From Eledone cirrhosa (Eukaryota), in the NCBI GenBank assembly GCA_964016885.1, contig OZ024740.1, positions 54,498,001 to 54,562,000 of the forward strand: DNA of 64,000 nucleotides. The letters run 5' to 3'. Each line of letters starts with the position of its first letter. Positions within the stretch are counted from its first letter, which is position 1. A program made the translations under genes and the position numbers. Of this stretch, positions 1-11,967 are shown one piece after another. Under the pieces are notes generated by a model that worked only from the letters and a program-made list of their open reading frames with translations, was not told the origin of the DNA and ran no database searches.

Positions 1-1155
1 TGCGTCTCCTCTTCTTTCTTTTTACTTGTTGGAAGGGATCTTTTTCGTCTTGCGACGAAAGAGGTTCGTCTTCCTTGTTGGGTGGGAGGGGTATGTTTTC
101 TGGTAGTGTTTGCGGTGTGCGTGTTTTTGTATTTGTTTTGGGTGGGGAGGGATTGGGTGGGACAGTATTCTGTGTTATTTTTTCACGTGTTTGTTGTTGT
201 TGTTGTTGTGGTGGTGGTGGTGGTGGGGTTGTTGGTTTTTGTTGTTGTTGTGGTTGTTTTTGTTGTTGTAGTTGGGGTGGTGTTGGTGTTGGTAGCAGTG
301 TTTTTTTCTGTGTGAGCTGGGGACAGGCAGCCCTCAGGTGACCTCTATTGCCACAGAGGTAACAGGAGGGACGCCTACCCTCCACAATAATGTTGAGGTG
401 GGTACGGTCATCCAGCATGACGCGCTCAGGGATTTGGGCGATGCGTTCTGGCCTTATTTGGGTCAGAACTTCGAGGCTCGTTCCACTGAACGCGTCGCCG
501 GATGCCTTGCCTATTGAGATGAGATTGTCCTCGTCTAAATTGAGGAAACCGGTTAGTAACCACCAGTAGTTTATGTTTGGGGTGATGGTGGTTATCCATA
601 TCCTCTGGGTTTTTTTACCCATGTAGGTGGGGAAGAAGGTGTAGTGTGTGGACCGAATTGGCGACACAGAGTATTTTTTTGCCGCCAATTCGTCTTTCAT
701 CAATATGGATAAACTCCCATAGAGTTTATCCTTTTGTATGAAAGTGATGTCTCTCATCGCGTCTTTCAAGACTAACTGAGTTTCCGCTTGAGATGGTTGC
801 GCTGGTTTCTTTGTTTTATTTAAAATTGTTCGGAATACGACAGTTCGTAATTCCGTCTGTCTTTTTAGCTCCGGAGGTGAATGTATAGAAAACGATCCGT
901 TTTCGCCAAAAGACACATATTTCTTGGCTTTTTCCAGCATTTCTTTTGCTTTTGAAATATCTTCCAGCACATAAGCGACTGATAATTTAGCCGTTTGTGC
1001 AAAAGATATTTTGTTTTCGTTTTGGATATTAGTATTGTTTTGTTTCTCGTCGTTTGAGTTGTTTTCATCTTTGTTGTTGTTGTTGTCTTTCTCGTTTCGT
1101 GTGTGGATACTTGTGACGTTTGTGTTGTTGTTGTTTTTGTTGTCTTTATTGTTGC

Positions 1156-1186
<31 letters not shown>

Positions 1187-1582
1187 GTTTTCAAATTCTT
1201 GTGTAGTTGTGGCTACATCTAGTGGTCGGTCAACAGGTGAAGACAATTCTTCCTCTCTCTGACCTCTGCCTTTGGCATCTGCTGCTGTGACAGTGGCAGG
1301 GGGAAGCTGTGAGTATGACTTCCCCTTTCCTTCTTTGATTGATGGTGAAGATACTTCAGCCATTTTTCTCAAAATAGGGTTTTTCGAAGTTTTTCGAAAG
1401 ATAAAATGTTCACAATACTATTTCGCCCAAAGGCGCAGAATATTTTGAGAGACCGACCAGATCAAAATTTGACCTGGCAGTCCCTCTACAAAATGATACA
1501 AAAATGAAAGTTTACAGTTTACAATTTCCGTATGAATTTAAACAAAAACTTACCGAGCGAGCTCAGCACATGTGTCCATCAA
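1..1582 (-). mobile_element. 5' part of an L1/Tx1-like LINE (about 220-bp 5' UTR plus ORF1)
   Basis: ORF1 as above. Non-repetitive upstream sequence ends at about 1582, where a (GATA)n tract begins. Confidence 0.65.
2..1363 (-). CDS. ORF1 (gag-like nucleic-acid-binding protein) of a non-LTR retrotransposon, L1/Tx1-like; continues beyond the left window edge
   Basis: Manual translation from the ATG at 1363 (MAEVSSPSIKEGKGKSYSQL...) stays open to position 2. It has an Asn-rich tract, a CX2CX4HX4C knuckle CYLCGNRGHLRAAC at 364-323, a Pro/Gln-rich tract and a basic FQQVKRKKRRR motif. It is missing from the ORF track because there is no stop in the window. Confidence 0.8.
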
Positions 1583-2036
1583 GTAAGATAGATAGATAGA
1601 TAGAAAGATAAACAGATATATAAATGGATAGATAGGTATTTCGTGTTATAGATAATTGTTTTAATTATTTGTGAGGGATATTGGTTAAATTTAATGTAAG
1701 TCATTAAGTTAACTGAGTTAAGAAGAATATTTATATTTATATATTTTAAATTGGGAAGATACAGAAAAAACTCCAGATATGTTTATTTATTCGTTACTAT
1801 GAGATTATTTTGTCAAAATAAGTTTAAATGTTAAAGGATATAAATGTTAAAGATATATTTAGCCTGAATTAGTTAGTGGTTATAAATCTAATAAGATATT
1901 AAATATGGTTTTATAAATATAGTTTCCATTTATTTAATATCATTGAATATTTATTCCAGTACTCTAAATCAGTGCTCTAAATCAGTTATAAACATTTATG
2001 TTTGTCGGACTTCCAACATATTAAATACAACTTCTA

Positions 2037-2109
<73 letters not shown>

Positions 2110-3012
2110 TTGTCCGTGCGTGTATTATAGGGAAATAAACGAACGATATTTTTGTATTATGTATCTTTTAAACATTTGATCCCTCTTCAATATTCGGCGA
2201 AATTGCACAGAGGAAAATGACATCGTTAATTGTACTGAATTTTTAATGCAAAAGCGTCGTCAATTGTGGAAATAGCAGTTTGTTTGCTTAACCAACTTGA
2301 ATAATAACAAAAATATCTGAAGTGAAACTCAACTAGCGCACGAATATTTTTTTGGCATCATGGCAAAATGTTCTCTATTCACAAATGCGTACACATATAA
2401 ATACACACACATATATAGGTGTGTGTATGTGTATGTGCTTATGCATATACATCGTGTGTGTGGCAAGAATTTTCGAACTTACGAAGCGCCAAGGAAACTA
2501 ATTTATAAGATGTTGGATGCTCAATCTCAAAATAAAATTACAATTACTGTCAGTTGCAGGAATTTTGTTTGCTTGGGCATCCTATAACTTCTTATAAATA
2601 TATGTACAAACACACACATTGTTCGTTGCCTAGTCCTTTTTTGTTAATTTTCTTAAGTTTATTACTATAATGTCTTATATTTTTTAACAAGATATTTTAC
2701 TTTCTCTGTTTTGCTTTTTTCTTCATTTTTCTTAGTTTTACTCCTGTTTCGCGTTTTATGAGAGGCATCAGACTTTTTCCCTAATGTCACACAAAGTTGT
2801 ATGTGTTTGTGGATCAGCGGTTATGAATTAATGCTTTGTCTTTCATCTATTGCTCCTTTGGACTGCGTTTACCTTATATCAGGCGTTGTGACGCTGGAAG
2901 GAACAGCATTATCGTTGGTCAAAACTGTGTCGTTCGTTTGTATATTTATTTTTCAAAAATGGTTTGTTTCTGTTCGACACCTTATCCTTTTTTTGTTAAT
3001 TTTCTTAAGTTT

Positions 3013-3048
<36 letters not shown>

Positions 3049-3086
3049 ACATACACACATACACACACACACATATATATATATAT

Positions 3087-3489
3087 AAGAAACGAAGCAG
3101 GCTGTGTGGTTATTGTAAACAAAGTTTAAGATGGTAATATGGACGAAACAACAGAAGAAACCATTCATCAGCTGTTAACTGCAGATCATAGATGTTTTGG
3201 CGCTTAAAACAGGACATCGAAAACGAGCAGCATCGCGCCCAGGGCCTTTTATCAATAAAAAGGCCCTGAGGGGAAGAAAATATAGTGAAGAGAGAGGAAG
3301 AAAGATAAAAAAGGAAAGCGGAAAAACGAAGTAAACTAACAGTATGGAGGGGGGACACAGAGCAATGGCACATGCAAGTGAGTAACTGAGGAGAAAGAGA
3401 AAAGGCTACAACGAACCGATTAGACTTAGGTCCTGTGTTCAATATAGCTGCCGAGCGAGGTTTTACTGTGAGATCACAGGAAAGTGAGT

Positions 3490-3521
<32 letters not shown>

Positions 3522-4057
3522 GGAGAAACCGGAAGTGAGAGGAAGAAGGGAAAGGGAGATAATCAAAAAGGGGTTTACGACAAGTGTGAGTAAAGGTCAA
3601 AAGCGAGCAGATGGATAGAGAGAGAAAGAGAGGGAGAAGAGGAAGAGAGATAAGGAGAGAGTCGAATGAAAGCGTGGTGGGACAACAAATCGAGCAAAAC
3701 AGGTAGAGAGGGGGGGGGTCCCAGCGATAAATACAAAATTGTAAGAAACGAAGCAGGCTGTGTGGTTAGTGTAAACAAAGTTTAAGAGTGTAATATGGAC
3801 GAACCAAGAGAAAAACCCTTCATCAGCGGTTAACCACAGATCATAGATGTTTCGGCGCTTAAAATAGGACATCGAAATCGATCAGCAGCGCGCCCAAGGC
3901 CTTTTATCAATCAAAAGGCCCCGAGGGGAAAAAAAGTTAGTGAAGAGGGAGGAAGAAAAAGAAAAAAAAGGAAAGAAGTAAACTAACCGGATGGAGGGGG
4001 ATGCAGGACAACGGCAGGGTTTCTTCTGTTGTTTCGTCCACATTACCATCTTAAACT
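3087..4057. mobile_element. Non-coding mini-element: direct repeat (period about 656) plus short inverted copy, flanked by (TA)n
   Basis: aagaaacgaagcaggctgtgtgg... occurs at 3087 and 3743. 4017-4057 is the reverse complement of about 3122-3165. Confidence 0.7.
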
Positions 4058-4078
4058 ATATATATATATATGTATATA

Positions 4079-4189
<111 letters not shown>

Positions 4190-4839
4190 ATGAGTGTGTG
4201 TGTTTCTGTGTGCGTATGTGAGTGTGTGTGTGTGTGTGTATTCCATTGCGGTCAAATTAAATATAACATCACCTGAAAAGCAATGTGAGACGCCCTTACA
4301 ATTGTAATTGCAATATTTATGAAATATATTATTTCAAAAGAGACATTTATCCATTCCATTTGCCTTTCCGTCAGACTACTGAAAATGTCTACCCCTCCCG
4401 TGCACGCCTTTTTCATATATTTCCATCAAATAAATCAAACTACTTGAAAGCAAGATTTAAATTAAGACTTTAATGTACATTTATCATTTTAGAAGAATAA
4501 TTATTGATTATTAAAATATGATTTTTACAGGCGAATTGAAAACATATTCTAGAAATAATTGACTTTAAAATACCTACTTATGAAATTAACTCTAAAGTTT
4601 ATATATGAATTTGCTGAAACTCAGCGTTAACATATACTATACTGGGTGCAGGTGACCTTTAAAGAAAACGTTTTCTTCTTGGCTTCGCCTATCCTCGTGC
4701 GTGCTTTCACTCCACCATCAATTCCAGGCTTCACCAATTTAAAACTCTGACGCGCAAACTGAACCTGATTTAAGTCTATTTGGCACTCTTTTTATTAAGG
4801 AGCTGCTTCGCAATGTCGATCTTTCTATATAATATTAAC

Positions 4840-5800
4840 AGTGCCTACCGCTACAGCTAGGCATCCCTCCTCAAGGACTATAACCCCTGTATCCGACAAG
4901 CTGCTGTGGAAACATGCAACGTCCAGTTCGATGACAAAGAAGGACCACGAAACACATTACCCATCAGATACGGTGGTCTCAGTCCCCGGTCTCAAATCTT
5001 ACTTGCCTGTATTTCTTTCATCAGTGACCGCTTGCCGTGACCACAAACATACGGAAGCTATTGTGATCACGGAACGCAGAACAGCATACACGACATGGAA
5101 CCACCTCGGCCATCATCCCACAGACATCCATGACGCTCTGTTTTCCCTAGATATCGAGGCCCACCAAAACAAATGTATAAAGTAACCTTGAAGTTGCTGG
5201 TGCACCACCTTAAACATCACTGTCTGGCATGTTTTTATTCGGCATCATACCCAACAGCGTTACCTAGCTTAACACTGTACCATAACTCACAAATTGCACC
5301 CAGCTGGAGAGTTACTGTTTGTGCGATGTTTCCCTGAAGCTTGACATTTGTAGTTGTGAGCGTCACAAATGCCGCTGCAGATTCACTGTGGATTCTTCGG
5401 TTTCACACAATTATGCCTTTATAGTACCAGTCATCTCCAATGACATCCTTCCTACAACTATCTCACAAGTAAGACTTGGACGCTGCAGTGAAGGTGGATC
5501 GAGGGAACGTTAGAAGGCCAGGTAGCATGACGACCCTTGCATTCTCCGTTAGTAGATCCCACATCAATGATGCTACATATTGCGACGTATACAGCGGCAA
5601 CCTGGTGCATTCAGTGACTAACCTAACCTTCACTCTCCGATATATTTGTAGTAGGATTTGTAGCAGTAGAGACTTCCGGCGTTCTTGGACCCTGGAACAC
5701 ATCCCTACATACTGCTGTCGGCGAAGTGTATATCTCGTCATATTCCAGGTACACGTAATCTCGATTCTGTTTGCTGGGAACTCGAGGTGGACTAACCCTT
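4840..5800 (+). pseudogene. Decayed RLE-type non-LTR retrotransposon (CRE-like) C-terminus
   Basis: Frameshifted remnants: LPVFLSS, a Cys/His cluster (CERHKCRC..VD), an RPGSMT...DATYCDVY match to the RPDG...D restriction-like endonuclease motif, and a terminal ISILFAGN. Confidence 0.55.
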
Positions 5801-5947
5801 AAATAAGTCCCACGTTGATCTCCAACTTGTGTACATTTAGAAGTGTCTTTGGTAGATGAAAATGGTTTCGCAGAATATTATGTTATCTATTTTTTAAAAC
5901 TTCGTAAAACACACACACGCACGCACACACACACACACACACACAGA

Positions 5948-6026
<79 letters not shown>

Positions 6027-6362
6027 CCCCCCCCCACACACACGCACGTATATATATATATATATATATAAAAACAAATAACGAAACGAAATTAAATTTC
6101 GTTTCGTTTGTAACTCACTTTTGTATGACTGACGCTTAAACAATTAAGTTAAAAATGTACATCTACATATGTATACTGAAATACTAGTATGCATATGAAT
6201 ACACACACGTATACATATGTAGATGTACCAAGTCTTTCACTGGTTACTTTACTGTGAGTATCCAGCTATTCTGTATGTAAACACACAGACAAACCGGTTT
6301 TTAGAGTCATACTGGTTTTTGAGGAAACACCTTTCCTCTATTCCCCAGAAAGCCAGACAAGG

Positions 6363-6407
6363 AATATTGAACTAGTTTCGTTGTTGTTACAACTCATCAG
6401 CAATATT
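6363..6407 (-). ncRNA. Type I hammerhead ribozyme (inverted copy)
   Basis: Reverse complement reads aatattg CTGATGA gttg taacaa caac GAAA ctag TT caatatt. Confidence 0.85.
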
Positions 6408-6643
6408 TACCTATCTACCGGCCTTTCTGGAGAATCGTAAAAGCACATATCGTTAGTCATACAAAAGTGAGTTACAAACGAAACGAAATTTAATTTCGTT
6501 TCGTTATTTGTTTTTATCGTCTCCGTTGAACCGGTACGTACTCACACTCTATGCAAATTAGTCTGCCCACTACTAATTTTCATAGAAAAAGCATATAACG
6601 ATATGTGCTTTTACGATTCTCCAGAAAGGCCGGTAGATAGGTA

Positions 6644-6688
6644 AATATTGCTGATGAGTTGTAACAACAACGAAACTAGTTCAATATT
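6644..6688 (+). ncRNA. Type I hammerhead ribozyme, unit 1
   Basis: Stem I aatattg/caatatt, CTGATGA at 6651, stem II gttg/caac, GAAA, palindromic stem III ACTAGT, predicted GUU cleavage triplet. Confidence 0.85.
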
Positions 6689-7109
6689 CCTTGTCTGGCT
6701 TTCTGGAGAATAGAGGAAAGGTGTTTCCTCAAAAACCAGTATGACTCTAAAAACCGGTTTGTCTGTGTGTTTACATACAGAATAGCTGGATACTCACAGT
6801 AAAGTAACCAGTGAAACACTTGGTACATCTACATATGTATACGTGTGTGTATTCATATGCATACTAGTATTTCAGTATACATATGTAGATGTACATTTTT
6901 AACTTAATTGTTTAAGCGTCAGTCATACAAAAGTGAGTTACAAACGAAACGAAATTTAATTTCGTTTCGTTATTTGTTTTTATCGTCTCCGTTGAACCGG
7001 TACGTACTCACACTCTATGCAAATTAGTCTGCCCACTACTAATTTTCATAGAAAAAGCATATAACGATATGTGCTTTTACGATTCTCCAGAAAGGCCGGT
7101 AGATAGGTA

Positions 7110-7154
7110 AATATTGCTGATGAGTTGTAACAACAACGAAACTAGTTCAATATT
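7110..7154 (+). ncRNA. Type I hammerhead ribozyme, unit 2
   Basis: Identical to unit 1; CTGATGA at 7117. Confidence 0.85.
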
Positions 7155-7575
7155 CCTTGTCTGGCTTTCTGGAGAATAGAGGAAAGGTGTTTCCTCAAAA
7201 ACCAGTATGACTCTAAAAACCGGTTTGTCTGTGTGTTTACATACAGAATAGCTGGATACTCACAGTAAAGTAACCAGTGAAACACTTGGTACATCTACAT
7301 ATGTATACGTGTGTGTATTCATATGCATACTAGTATTTCAGTATACATATGTAGATGTACATTTTTAACTTAATTGTTTAAGCGTCAGTCATACAAAAGT
7401 GAGTTACAAACGAAACGAAATTTAATTTCGTTTCGTTATTTGTTTTTATCGTCTCCGTTGAACCGGTACGTACTCACACTCTATGCAAATTAGTCTGCCC
7501 ACTACTAATTTTCATAGAAAAAGCATATAACGATATGTGCTTTTACGATTCTCCAGAAAGGCCGGTAGATAGGTA

Positions 7576-7620
7576 AATATTGCTGATGAGTTGTAAGAAC
7601 AACGAAACTAGTTCAATATT
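7576..7620 (+). ncRNA. Type I hammerhead ribozyme, unit 3
   Basis: CTGATGA at 7583. The only change is in loop II (taagaa vs taacaa); stems are intact. Confidence 0.85.
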
Positions 7621-7833
7621 CCCTGTCTGGCTTTCTGGAGAATAGAGGAAAGGTGTTTCCTCAAAAACCAGTATGACTCTAAAAACCGGTTTGTCTGTGT
7701 GTTTACATACAGAATAGCTGGATACTCACAGTAAAGTAACCAGTGAAAGACTTGGTACATCTACATATGTATACGTGTGTGTATTCATATGCATACTAGT
7801 ATACATATGTAGATGTACATTTTTAACTTAATT

Positions 7834-7877
<44 letters not shown>

Positions 7878-8948
7878 ACGGAGAAAAAGACGATTATTAG
7901 GAAGAAAAATATATTGTTTTCTCTTTTTATTTATTTCACTCGTTTTTCTGGGTTAGAACATGATTAAAACGAAATATTTTACTTTGTGTGAAGTGTTAAG
8001 GTATTAGTTGATTTATTTATTAATTAACAATGGCATTTATTTATTTATATATTTAATAATTGTCTATACCGATTTCAGCATTTTTATGCATTATCAAATG
8101 ATAATAATATGTATTGGTGTAGAATGGTGGTGTTGAACATGTTAAAGAAATGGTGCAGAAAGAATAATGTTATTTACAAACAACGATTATGAAGTGAAAA
8201 GAAAAAAGAAAAAAGAAAAAAAGGAACGTAATATGGAGCATAATATGTCAATGTGAAAGAAAAAATAATGTTATTTACAGGCATAGTTCTTGAAGATAAG
8301 CAGATCAAAATGTGTTAGTATAGCATGAGTGCTTAGTTAATCCATGATGGAGGCAACTGATTATAATTAGTAGCAAGCGCTCAATATGAGCGGAGGGTGT
8401 GCTGGACGCAGCTGGGTCAAAAATCCTGAGTTCAGGGTTTCGGGACCAAAGAATCTTTGCGACAGTCATTTCCGTGCTTGGACCGTCCCTCTGGCTGGTA
8501 ATGCGTGGGTGGGGACATAAATTTAGCAATAATAAGAATAACAAATATAACAGAAACCACAAAATACAGATATAATGGTACTATGTTGAAACAAATCGAA
8601 AACGAGATCATACTAATGATAAAGGAAATAACACGGACATAGTTATTGCACACAAAATAGGTGCGATCAAGCAAGTAGTCATTTGTGAATATAAGTAGGG
8701 TTACACATAATTCTTTTGTTAATATTTCCGTAAACAATGGGTACCAGTATAGTATTTGATAAACCTGAAATCTATCATATATACCAAATGTGTAAATATT
8801 TGTTTCGTTTGAGGAAATAAACAGATATAATTGAAACACACCTTTTGTGCATTTTCACATATATTTTTCACCTCTAATTTAACATTTATATGTAGCGGTA
8901 ACACATTTTTGAACTACCTATCACGTACCATATTTGCTTTTCTCTCTC

Positions 8949-9036
<88 letters not shown>

Positions 9037-9476
9037 CCCCCCCCCCTCCAATCACTAAGCGATAATACGATTAGATTGAAATTTTTTTCGGACTGGGCAT
9101 CCTTCTGCATGCGATTTTATTCCATGAACAAGTATACTTGCATTAATGATAATTGCGAAGGCCAAATGTAGAACATAAAAACATATTTCATTGTGAGTCT
9201 ACCGTAATTCATATTTCTGTGGTGTGTTTGAATAAGTAATGCAACGATCACACAAACACAAAAACTTCATGAGACAGCGTCTTAGGTAATAAAATTGTTT
9301 TGTAATGAAACATGCGGAAGGAGAAACATGGTTTACATTCATCCTGTAATTTATAGAGAATATTGACGGAGGAATGTAACATAATAATCTTATTATTTAA
9401 TTTGCTGTCTCATGAAATCGTGTTGGCGGTTATCATGATGTCTACATTGCGTTATCATGAATTCCACAAAAGTATG

Positions 9477-9535
<59 letters not shown>

Positions 9536-9539
<4 letters not shown>

Positions 9540-9886
9540 AATAAAAGATGAAATCGAAATTGCAACTGGAGACTTATTTTTAAAAAAATATATATATTTA
9601 TTTGGTTCCTTTACCGGTTTCGCAGTTCTTCTGCTTTGCAAAAGTAGAGTTGAGATGGAGGGTCTGTGGTTTTTCTCACAAATGTGAGAAAAACCACAGA
9701 CCCTCCATCTCAACTCTACTTTTGCAAAGCAGAAGAACTGCGAAACCGGTAAAGGAACCAAATAAATATATATATTTTTTTTTAAATAAGACTCCAGTTG
9801 CATTTTCTATTTCATCTTTTTTTCTTTATACTTTCACTCGTGTATGACACCTCGGTTATTTTTCATTTTGTTAAAAAAAACCTCAC

Positions 9887-9893
<7 letters not shown>
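9536..9893. mobile_element. Fold-back mini-element (arms about 145 bp, centre 9681-9682) with variant HHR; family also at 16483-16684 and 22336-22573
   Basis: Near-perfect inverted repeat flanked by (TA)n. Shared sequence tgtgagaaaaaccacagaccctcc...gaaaccggtaaaggaacc. Confidence 0.8.
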
Positions 9894-9950
<57 letters not shown>

Positions 9951-9960
9951 GTTTCCACTT

Positions 9961-10167
9961 ATTCAAAATATTAATAAATGAGAAATATTATCATAACCAA
10001 ATTATATATTTTATTAAACATATTTCAAAGGTACAATCGTGTTTCAGTATGTTTTCATCAGATAAAATATAAAAGAGTACTGAAACACGATTGTAACTTT
10101 GAAATATGTATAATAAAATATATAATTTGGTTATGACAATATTTCTCATTTATTAATATTTTGAATA
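9961..10167. repeat. Inverted repeat (arms about 88 bp) with a minus-strand CTGATGA in the spacer
   Basis: attcaaaatattaataaatgag...tttcagta pairs with tactgaaa...ttttgaat. The motif tcatcagataaaa is shared with about 34053 and 36560. Confidence 0.75.
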
Positions 10168-10260
10168 TTATAAATGCTACAGATAAATGTATGTTGAGTG
10201 CTTCTAATCTACTGTAAAATTGAATTCGTTGAATAATCAACGAACGATATAACCTTTTGG

Positions 10261-10299
<39 letters not shown>

Positions 10300-11091
10300 C
10301 ACACACATACATACACACACACACGCACGCACACACACACACACACATATATATATACATACATACTTATAATATATAGAAGGTGAGGCAGGACCCCGAA
10401 GGCTGATTTCTGTCGTTTTCATACATTACACATCTAAAATTCAACAACACCGTGCGTTTCAACTGTAACAATGCATAAATAACATAATAGCTATCTGTTT
10501 ATTGGGCAATAGAATTATTGGGCGTAGTGGGGGCATTTAAAAATTATATTTTAATGTTTTTATCTTAAGGCCAATTTTCAATTATGTTTTTAGTAATTTA
10601 TAAGGAATTACAATACCATATGTAGCTTTGTTTACTGAGGACGTTGTTATTCTAAGTTGATAAGTAACCTAGTCATTAAATCAATGTAATTTTTTAAATA
10701 TCCTTACGAATATGAAGGTTTCACCCTCCAATCTATGTATTAACTGATATACATGTTTGGCGTCAAAGTATACATTTCAACAGAATAGGCGTGAAAAGAA
10801 ATTTAAAGGGTTTCTTCTAGTATATTCTTGTATGCGTCTGTATGTGTGAATGTTTTTCCAATTTATAGGATTAAATATATGAATAACGCTTATTTACACT
10901 CAGCTCATGGAAAATAAAATTCAAACACTTGTAAGTATTGAAATTCTTGTACATCCGCCATCGTCTCTCGTTACACGTGAATTATTGCGTACATAGCACA
11001 CACACACACAAACTCACAAACACACACACGCACATACATACATACACAGACACACACACGCATATGTATATGTATATATATATATATATAT

Positions 11092-11945
11092 ATATCAAAG
11101 GCATATATTGAGTTAGAAACTCAAAATAGTCTCTTACAATAAAATAGCTCTAGGAAAGAGATTTTTCCGAGCCGTATATTAGAACTGAACAAAAAATAAA
11201 AACGAACAGAGACATATACATATATATGTGTTCAAATCGTAAGGGAGCAGATTCGCTCAGGTGAAGAGAATACTAACTAAACACAATAGGGTTTGCCAGA
11301 CTCAATTTAAAAATGAATCAAGAAAATAAATACAAACCAGAACTGTGGTAACTACCATTCACCTGAAACATTTTGATAATACTGTTTCGAAATATTAATT
11401 GTGAAGAGAAATAACCAATTCTTGCGTATTAGCGGGTGAAGAATTATTAGTATCCTGGTCACTTCTAAGTATATTTAAAAAATTGATAGTGTGCTTATAT
11501 ATAACAACGCACATAGTATCAGAACTTAGCGTGTCTCGCAGACTCACACCACTAAAAATAGCAGCCAGGTTTCGTCGACATTTGAATTGGCTCGACGAAT
11601 TAACGTAGCCGAATATATCAAAGGCATATATTGAGTTAGAAACTCAAAATAGTCTCTTACAATAAAATAGCTCTAGGAAAGAGTGTTTCCGAGCCGTATA
11701 TTATAATTGAACAAAAAAGAAAAACGAACACAGACATATACATATATATGTGTTCAAATCGTAAGGGAGCAGATTCGCTAAGGTGAAGAGAATACTAACT
11801 AAAGACAATAGGGTTTGCCATACTCAATTTAAGAATAAATCAAGAAAATAAATACAAACATTAGCGAATCTGGTCCCTTACGACTTGAACACATATATAT
11901 GTATATGTCTGGGTTCGTTTTTCTTTTTTGTTCAGTTATATATAT
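11092..11945. mobile_element. Mini-element: direct repeat (period 523) plus inverted partial copy; related copies on the minus strand at 33095-33640
   Basis: atatcaaaggcatatattgagttagaaactc occurs at 11092 and 11615. 11861-11945 is the reverse complement of part of the unit. Confidence 0.75.
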
Positions 11946-11967
11946 ACATGTATATATTTTATATATA

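Larger units (their letters stand above)
6070..7837 (+). mobile_element. Retrozyme-like non-autonomous element: three tandem 466-bp HHR units plus an inverted partial unit, inside (TA)n
   Basis: Units start with agtcatacaaaag at 6455, 6921 and 7387. 6070-6454 is a reverse-complement partial unit. No coding potential. (TA)n on both sides. Confidence 0.9.

Noticed and set aside
75-1262. Plus-strand and alternative-frame ORFs (Val/Cys/Leu/Thr-rich)
   Set aside because: They are shadows of the trinucleotide-rich minus-strand ORF1.
2888-2935. HHR-like fold (CTGGAAG...AAAA ctgtg TC)
   Set aside because: Both core strands are mutated; too degenerate to call.
6455-7837. CRISPR array or ordinary satellite
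   Set aside because: There are no unique spacers and the context is eukaryotic. The HHRs and inverted terminal unit fit a retroelement better.
11092-11945. HHR in the 523-bp tandem element
   Set aside because: The architecture matches the HHR elements, but I could not find an intact core on either strand.
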